Positions 55,220 to 64,000 of a stretch of DNA of 64,000 bases are shown one piece after another. Position 1 is the stretch's first letter; the number at the start of each line of letters is the position of its first letter. This DNA comes from Eledone cirrhosa (Eukaryota), in contig OZ024756.1 in the NCBI GenBank assembly GCA_964016885.1, forward strand, positions 25,358,001 to 25,422,000, given 5' to 3'. The position numbers were made by a program, and so were the translations under genes. A model generated the notes under the pieces. That model was not told the DNA's origin. It searched no databases and saw nothing but the letters and a program-made list of their open reading frames with translations.

Positions 55220-56319
55220 ATGTGGTTATGGAGGTCTATCTCCAAAACCATAGGAGGAGTTCGTGAACAAACAAACAGACAGACAGGAACTACAACTTTA
55301 TATATAGATATATATATACACTCAGCTAGTGAGTCGCTTAAGGTGAGGAATGAAAAAAAAATGATAAAAAGAATGTAAATCTAAAAAACGTATCCAATTA
55401 AATAGGTATATATAATCTATATATTAGAAAATATATATAAATAAAATTATGTAGAAGTTCTATTTAAATTGTTGGGATACAACAAGCAAATATTTTTATA
55501 ACTGATATAAAGCACTCAACAAATTATTGCAGTAAAAATACGATATATTAACAAATGGAAACTATATTTATAAAACCATATTTATTTCATTATACATATT
55601 TCAAGGACACCAAGTTAAATTATGGTGTGCTTCATCGGATAAAATATAATATAGAGCAGTTTTATAAATAAATATTAACATGCCCTTAAAGAATTGTGTA
55701 TATAAATAAATAAAATATTGAGAATTTCAGGTAAAAGAAGAAAAGCTAGTTTGTAGTTGTCTGTATGGGGGGGGGGTGTATGTGTGTGTGGGGGGGTAGT
55801 TGTTTGGGTGTGCGTATGTGTGAGTGTATGTGTGTGTGCGCGATTGTTTAGGTGTGTTTATGTGTGAGTAGATGTAGGTATAGGTGTGAGAGTGCGTGTA
55901 GGTATGTGTGTGAGTGTGTGTGTGTGTGTGAATGTGTGCGTGTATGTGTGTGTGCCCGTGTGTGTCTGTGTATGTGTGTGTGTGTATGTGAATACGCCTG
56001 AGCGTATGTATATATGAATATGCATGTATGTGAAAGCATATGGTAGCATGTGTGTCAGTATCTATATGATTGTGTGTGTGTGTGTGCAGGAATGCCTGTA
56101 TGAATATAGACCTGTGTGAACGCGTGTCTCTGTGTATGAGTATATGTAGGCGTTTCTCTGTTTGTCAATATGACTGTGTATGTGTAAGTGTGTTGGTGAG
56201 TGTGGATGTGTGAATGTCTGAATGTCTTTGCTTGTGAGCATGTGTGTGGTGTGTAGGAGAGTGAATCTGTGTGTGTGTGTGTGGTGTGTAGGAGAGTGAA
56301 TCTGTGTGTGTGTGTGTGT

Positions 56320-56368
<49 letters not shown>

Positions 56369-56401
56369 CGATAGTGTGTGTGATAGTGTGTGTGATAGAG
56401 T

Positions 56402-56454
<53 letters not shown>

Positions 56455-56984
56455 CGCGCGTGTGTGAGTTTGTATGTGTGTATATAGTGGGCGTGTGCAT
56501 GGTGATATTTTGCTCGTTTACCTTTATTGTCAGTGAACCGTGGACAAAGAAAGTAATGATATGACTGGCCGTCGAAGCGTGAAAAGAATCAGGACCAAAA
56601 GCAGCAGCAACAAGAACAGCAATACAAAAAAAAAACAAAGAACAGGTTTCACCTCACAGTTTACTTATTTATATGAATCCGCCAAGTTATCAAAATTCAC
56701 CTACCGTCAGGTAAATATCATAAATTCTTATATACATTTATTTGCATATATGTGCATATATATGTCTATATTGCAAAAACAGACATGTTTACATGCATAT
56801 GCATATGAATATGCACATACACATACATATACACACACAAATGCACACATATATATATGTGGATTGCCGATATATATGACTTCTACAGGGCAGTTTCATT
56901 CGTAAGAGGTCATCAAGAATGGATACTCCTGGTGTGATCTTGTAAAAGTCATTTCTATAATCATACATACGTACACACACACAC

Positions 56985-57029
<45 letters not shown>

Positions 57030-57147
57030 ATTTTGTTTGTGGTCTTTAAAGCGATGAAATGCCTATGATGGTTGGAAGATCACTGATGAAGGACAAACTT
57101 TTTTCATATGTAACCCATTTGCAACTCCGCAGCGCCCTTATTATCAT

Positions 57148-57196
<49 letters not shown>

Positions 57197-57309
57197 ATTT
57201 TGTTTGTGGTCTCTAAAGCGATGAAATGCCTATGATGGTTGGAAGATCACTGATGAAGGACAAACTTTTTTCATATGTAACCCATTTGCAACTCCGCAGC
57301 GCCCTTATT

Positions 57310-57376
<67 letters not shown>

Positions 57377-57381
<5 letters not shown>

Positions 57382-57578
57382 AACGAGTAGGGCCCCAACG
57401 GCTGAGCTCAAGCCGTTTCGACGGCTAATTCTGGACTAATTAGTCCAGAATTAGCCGTCGAAACGGCTTGAGCTCAGCTGCCGAGGTCCTACTCGTTTCT
57501 ATTACCCACTCTACTACCCTAAGTATTGAGTACTTTGGTGCGTTATGGTCCATCTGGTTCCTTACCACATTTCCTTCG

Positions 57579-57582
<4 letters not shown>
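57377..57582 (+). mobile_element. TA-inserted foldback element, family F
   Basis: Central perfect palindrome GACGGCTAATTCTGGACTAATTAGTCCAGAATTAGCCGTC; tail; (TA)n flanks. Confidence 0.88.
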
Positions 57583-57634
<52 letters not shown>

Positions 57635-58034
57635 GTTTACACATACATAAAGTTATATATATATATATATATATATATGTTGCAACCGGTCACTTTGTGG
57701 ATCTATGAAGAATTAATAAATTAAATAATCAGAGCAATATATCATAAATCATGTCTATAGAATTATTAGATAAATAAAAATTGATCTTTTATATGGTTAA
57801 TTATGGTGATTGGCAGAGGAAATTGTATATATTTTATTTATCTAATAATTCTATAGACATGATATACTCTAATGACTTGATTTTTTATTTCATTGTTTTT
57901 ACTTATATCATGACTCTGTTTTCCTTTTAATGTTTTATTGTTTTCTGAGATTTATCTTAACCTACAACATTTTCAACATATGGATTACATTGAGTTCTTC
58001 ATACAGAATAGACCCCACAACTTACTGTGGATAC

Positions 58035-58145
<111 letters not shown>

Positions 58146-58245
58146 GAACAGATTAAAGTTTAAGCAAAGAATCGCTGCTTTCACCCTTTGCTTAAACTTT
58201 AATCTGTTCTTATAATAAATATTTGCTCACCGGGTTTATTATATA

Positions 58246-58890
58246 CTAGCCGAATTACCCGCGCATTACTGTGTTTCACACATTTTTTTTTGTTTTTTGT
58301 AAGAAAATGATGATTCATTTTAAATCAGTGATATAGAAAAACTCTGCGTTTCAATATTACTCAATGTAAAATGTAATGCATGAAAAATTGGAAAACATGA
58401 TTTTTTGTAATATATCAAATCAAAATTACATTATTGGATTGGCAGTATCGGTAGAGGGTCGGACGCCATGCTTTGACGCATAGAGTTACGGCCTTTGCTA
58501 TTCTGAATTCAAATCCCGCCGAGGTTAACTTTGCCTTTCATCCCTACGGGGTCGATAAAATAAAGTACCAGTAATGCACTGGGTAATTGCTGGCCTTGTG
58601 CCAAAAGTAGAAACAATTATTAAATCTTATTCTTATTTTGTTTCTTGTAGACAATTTTTTTCAAAATATCAATTCAAAACTTTTGTGAATAGGCATCATA
58701 TCTTGTCATTTACCTATGGTTTAAATTTCATATAAATCGAAGGAAAAAAATTTTCAGCGGGGATTTTGTGGCCCCGGGGAACCCTTTGATTAAAATGAAA
58801 TATACTTATCCAACTACCCTGGGTAATGTAGTTTCAGAATATATATGTTTATGGGGGTCTATCTCCAAAACCATAGGAGGAGTTCGTGAA
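58246..58890 (-). mobile_element. Non-autonomous Helitron-like element carrying a SINE (58433-58620); paralog of 59498-60167
   Basis: Starts A|CTAGCCGAATTACCCGCGC (3' CTAG end on the minus strand); highly similar to 59498-60040. Confidence 0.6.
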
Positions 58891-59238
58891 GAGTATATAT
58901 AGTAGTCGCTTAAGGTGAGGAATGAAAAAAAAAAATGATAAAAAGAATGTAAAGCTAAAAAACGTATCCAATTAAATAAGTATATATAATCTATATATTA
59001 GAAAATAGATATAAATAAGATTATATATAAATAAATAAAATATTGAGAATTTCAGGTAAAAGAAGAAAAGCTCGTTTGTAGTTGTCTGTATGTGGGGGGG
59101 GGGTAGTTGTTTGGGTGTGCGTATGTGTGAGTGTGTGTGTGTATGATTGTTTACGTGTGTTTATGTGTGAGTGGGTGTAGGTAAAAGTGTGAGAGTGCGT
59201 GTAGGTATGTGTTAGTGTGTGTGTGTGTGTGGAGGGGG

Positions 59239-59286
<48 letters not shown>

Positions 59287-59497
59287 CGTGTGTGTGTGTC
59301 TGTGTGTGTGTGAACACGCCTGAGCGTATGTATGTATGAATATGTATGTATGTGAAACCATGTGGTAGCTAGGGGCCCGTAGCTGAAAGCATGTGGTAGC
59401 ATGTGAAAGCATGTGAAAGCATGTGGTAGCTAGCACCCTTTGCTTAAACTTTAATCTGTTCTTATAATAAATATTTGCTCTACGGGTTTATTATATA

Positions 59498-60167
59498 CTA
59501 GCCGAATTACCCGCGCCTTGCAATGTTTCGCACATTTTTTTTTTTTTTTTTTTGTAAGAAAATGATGATTCATTTTAAATTAGTGATATAGAAAAACTCT
59601 GCATTTCAATATTACTCAATGTAAAATGTAATGCATGAAAAATTGGAAAACATGATTTTTTTTGTAATATATCAAATCAAAATTACATTATTGGATTGGC
59701 AGTATCGGTAGAGGGTCGGACGCCATGCTTTGACGCATAGAGTTACGGCCCTTGCCATTCTGAGTTCAAATCCCACCGAGGTTAACTTTGCCTTTCATCC
59801 CTACGGGGTCGATAAAATAAAGTACCAGTAATGCACTGGGTAATTGCTGGCCTTGTGCCTAAAGTAGAAACAATTATTAAATCTTATTCTTATTTTGTTT
59901 CTTGTAGACAATTTTTTTCAAAATATCAATTCAAAACTTTTGTGAATAGGCATCATATATTGTCATTTACCTATGGTTTCAGCAGGGGTTTTCAGCGGGG
60001 TTTTGATCCCCCGGGGAACCCTTTGATTAAAATGAAATGTACGTAAGAAATCAAATGGGCATGAGCCCCACACACGTGTCAAGTTTCATTAAGATTGGTT
60101 TGGTAGTTTTTGAGTTTTAGGATCATAAACAAACACACAAACAGAAATTGCCATTTATGTATATAGA
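59498..60167 (-). mobile_element. Non-autonomous Helitron with an internal SINE (59692-59878)
   Basis: Minus strand 5'-TCTATAT...CTAG-3', between A and T, no TSD; (ACAA)-rich tract near the 5' end. Confidence 0.7.
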
Positions 60168-60176
60168 TATTTTATA

Positions 60177-60868
60177 TCTAAACTATAATAAAGTAAGAAG
60201 CGCGGGACTGCGTACGGTTTATAATTTTTTATTCCATTAGTAAATTAAGTTGGATTACTTTGAATAAATAATGAGTGAATATTACATAATTTATCTACTA
60301 AATTTCGTGGCTGTTCATTAAATATATTTTATTATTTATTTAAAGATTATTGGGCGGTGAATTGGCAGTATCGGTAGAGGGTCGGGCGCCATGCTTTGAC
60401 GCATAGAGTTACGGCCCTTGCCATTCTGAGTTCAAATCCCGCCGAGGTTAACTTTGCCTTTCATCCTTACGGGGTCGATAAAATAAAGTACCAGTAATGT
60501 ACTGGATAATTTGCTGGCCTTGTGCCAATAGTAGAAAAAATTAATTATTTAAAGATTCACTTCTTTAAAATTTTTAAATGTCAACATTTCCGGTGGCGAT
60601 CGCTTAAATAAACATATTAATTTTCTGTCACTAATTTTCTCCTAATGCAGTTTATATATAATATCGTATTTTTTTAATGCATCATGGATTACGTTACTGA
60701 TTAAAAAAGATAGTGTAACGTAGACTCTCTTCAATTTCTGTGTATATTGTCAATTACTATTTTATTTGACGTTTCATATCTACATGTATATATGCTTGCG
60801 TATAATATCAATATACACACTACACATGCTAGCAGAAAACCACCCGATGGATGGCTTTTTTTTGCTAG
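60177..60868 (+). mobile_element. Non-autonomous Helitron with an internal SINE (about 60351-60544)
   Basis: A|TCTAAACTATAATAAAG...AAAACCACCCGATGGATGGCTTTT (imperfect hairpin) TTTGCTAG|T; SINE TSD TTATTTAAAGATT at 60336-60348 and 60545-60557. Confidence 0.7.
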
Positions 60869-61023
60869 TATATATAATCCTTATCGAGCCCTCTTCAGAT
60901 TTTAGTCTTCACATTTATTATTACTATATATATATTTTTTTTTTAATATAGAAATGGCTTCTATACTCTGCTATGTATTGAGTACTTTACTTACTGTGGT
61001 TACCCCCGATTGAACCCGGGGTA

Positions 61024-61066
<43 letters not shown>

Positions 61067-61070
<4 letters not shown>

Positions 61071-61183
61071 TAATAAAAACAATGAATAAAAACAAAGAAC
61101 AAGTTCCTTATATTAAAAAATTCAATGAAGTTTTTAATATAAGGAACTTGTTCTTTGTTTTTATTCATTGTTTTTATTAATTT
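61067..61183. repeat. Perfect foldback with arms of about 53 bp next to (TA)n
   Basis: AATTAATAAAAACAATGAATAAAAACAAAGAACAAGTTCCTTATATTAAAAA and its reverse complement, separated by a short spacer. Confidence 0.85.
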
Positions 61184-62087
61184 ATCTTGACTCTGTTTTC
61201 CTGTGATTTTCATCGAAAATGTTTGAATGCATCTTCTCTTTTCATGATATTTGGATTACATTGTGTTCTTCATACGGATTGGACACTACCGTATATTTTG
61301 GTAGATTTATCTACATATATATATATAACGAAGGAAATGTGGTAAGGAACCAGGTGGACTATAACTCTTTTTCTTTTTTCTTTTTTTTTTTTTCGACGGC
61401 TAATTCTGGACTAAATGAAAATTTTTATCCTGGTATATGAATAGCCGTGCTTCTCAGGGGGTAATTCCATATATGGTAAAAGTGATTGTCACAAGGATTG
61501 GTCAAAAGTTTGTTGTTGAGACACATAATTCTATCATGGCAATTTGTGGAAGGAAGGGGTAGCTGAACCTGCCAGTAGAAGAAAGAGGGAGAGGGAGAGG
61601 GAGTGGAGGAAACCCAGTCGTGCGTTGATAGTGCCAACTACAGCATAATGCGTAATTCTTTTCTTTCGCGCGCTTGGTCAGGCTGGTTCGCCTTTTTTCT
61701 TTCTCTCGTCTACGATTTCACAGAATTTATGTTCACCGAATTCACAGACTAGATTCCTTCTTCCTCCCGTTAGACCTGTACGGAATTCCTTCCTTGCTCA
61801 CATTCCAACCAGGTTTGATGGTCTTTATTCTCTCTCGTTCACGATTTCACCGAACTTATATTCATGGAAATTTGGGACTTGACTCGTTCTTCCTCACTTT
61901 TCGTTGCTTCACCATCTTTGTTTGTTTACACTCTCGCTGTCCCCTTTATTTACGTGTCCCAACGACTTTTTTTAGCCGTTGCTTGCACCAACCGGAGGTA
62001 TATGGTCTTTAAAGCGAAGAAATACCCATGATGGTTGGAAGATCACTGATGAAGGACCACTTTATTCATATATATATATATATATAT

Positions 62088-62933
62088 ATAAATTTAGCGA
62101 GAATCTCATTTCGGCGGGTAGAAATTGGCGAAACGCAACTTCTGTATTGTGCAGACAAGCGCTCCATGGATATGAAGATACCAGAGCAATAAACATAAGT
62201 TTAAATGGTCATACAAACTGGGACGATGGTTAAGAAGCCATTAACCACCTTAGCCAAAAAAGCGAACAAGCTAAACGGGTCAAACAAAATAAGATATGAT
62301 TGAAATAGTTACCCGGACCCTCGGGAAGATGGAATACTCCGATATTTGGGTTTCTGCAACACCTAAATCAATAGTCTGCTTATAAAAAATAAGCTTTGGT
62401 ATAATGATCGAACAAGGCATTGCTTTCTCAACAGGCATTTTGCTCTTCGTGCGCCAGAATCTCACAGGTTATGGAAGCACATGTGAGGTTCTAAGGGGAG
62501 GAAACCCCTATTTTGGCCAGTGAATTCAGCATGTGTAGTTATTGCAAAAATTTGCAAAAACAGCACAAAACGAATTTAGCTCTCGACCGAGTTGTTTTTA
62601 AAATAAACTTAAGCGATTAATCAGTCAATAGAATTAACTAAAAAGCCAAAGAAAATTAACTGGTTAATCGCTTGACTTGGGAGATTAATACAAATATAAA
62701 TTTAGCGAGAATCGCATTTCGGCGGGTAGAAATTGGCGAAACGCAACTTCTGTATTGTGCAGACAAGCGCTCCATGGATCTGAAGAGATACCAGAACTAT
62801 AAACATAAGTTAAAATGGTCATACAAACTGAGACGATGGTTAAGAAGCCATTAACCACCTTAGCCAAAAAAAGTGAACAAGCTAAACGGGTCAAACAAAA
62901 TAAGATATGATTGAAATAGTTACCCGGACCCTC
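62088..62933. mobile_element. TA-flanked element with direct terminal repeats of about 238 bp (partial tandem, period about 608)
   Basis: 62088-62323 matches 62696-62933 with few differences; (TA)n on both sides. Confidence 0.65.
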
Positions 62934-62974
62934 AGATATATATATATATATATTATATATTATATTATATAGTA

Positions 62975-63047
<73 letters not shown>

Positions 63048-64000
63048 ATCAAAAGATGGTTAAATGAGTTCCATGTATTTTATTATGCGCATATTATGCT
63101 TCTTATCCGATATCTGCATTGCTTTATTGTACTACAATAAAACTCACCTCCTACATATATATATATATATATATATAATATATAAGAACAAAAGATGGTT
63201 AAAAGAGTTCCATGTATTTTATTATGCGCATTTCAAAAACAAATATCATCATGCAATAATATTTGTGTTTTCATCAGATAAAACAGGAAGACATGATATG
63301 AAGGTTAAAAAACACTTGTGGATAGTGCAGTTTTAAATCAACATATGAAAAGTAGTTTTAGATTGATGTGTGATATTGGGAAAAATATTTTATTTTGAGG
63401 GGGGGGGATGAAAAGGAGGAGGAGATGAGAGTAAAAAGCGGAGAGGGAGGAGTATAATGAGGAAGGATGAGATAGGAGGAGAGATGGGTGATAGAGAGAG
63501 AGAGAGGTAGCTTTTATAACTGAGAAAGATATATTGTTTTACATAGAGAGGTTGAAAACCGTTGGAAGATAATGTATAAATTAAAAGAATTTGAAAATTA
63601 ACGAAGAGAAATAATGTAAAGTTAAGGTTTGAATATTGAGGGGTTTAATAATATGTGCGATGAAAAGAAAATGTTAATATGTATTAAGAATAATATTTAA
63701 GGGTTTAATAACATGTGCGATGGAAAAGAAAAAGTTAATATGTATTAAGAATAATATATAATATGTGCGATGGAAGGAAAATGTTGATATGTATTATTAA
63801 AAAGAACAACATGTAATTTAAGTAAGGATATATTGTGAGATGAGCATGAATGAGTTAGATGAAAGGGAGAAAAAAATAATGAATTGAGGATGAATAATCT
63901 AACGTCAAAAAAATGTTTGTTTACGAAGGATTTTTACAAGGTGATATAGAGTAAGAATGTATTGTATTATGTAATAATTGATTCTATGTTAGGCAACAGT

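Noticed and set aside
54889-55253. ORFs containing runs of X
   Set aside because: They span the N gap
56510-56660. Signal-peptide-like minus-strand reading FFFCIAVLVAAAFGPDSF with a possible GT donor
   Set aside because: No ATG or clear acceptor, hydrophobicity comes from a T-rich tract, and there are no partner exons

Overview
Animal genomic DNA, AT-rich and dominated by repeats. The abundant tRNA-derived SINE and the (TA)n/(CA)n/(TACA)n load suggest a cephalopod such as Octopus; this is an inference from repeat content. No host protein-coding gene can be supported, and nearly all listed ORFs are microsatellite translations. Real coding relics are transposon-derived: RTE-type LINE 3' ends, a broken Helitron Rep/PIF1-helicase gene, two R4/Dong-type REL-endonuclease LINE ends in (TAA)n, an internally deleted mariner and a decayed Penelope-like GIY-YIG region. 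hAT, piggyBac and pogo/Tigger-type MITEs, non-autonomous Helitrons and about 20 SINE copies are also present. The most notable feature is a 3.5-kb array (34747-38256) of apparently identical 310-bp units, each carrying an intact type I hammerhead ribozyme with a palindromic stem III in a highly structured monomer. About 7.7 copies face one way and about 3.6 the other, and the array sits in (TA)n. It looks like a young non-LTR retrozyme or Penelope-dependent circular-RNA retroelement. Several other short hammerhead-bearing or half-hammerhead foldback elements with the same long-arm plus short-inverted-arm layout sit in (TA)n tracts across the window. All folds and alignments were done by eye.
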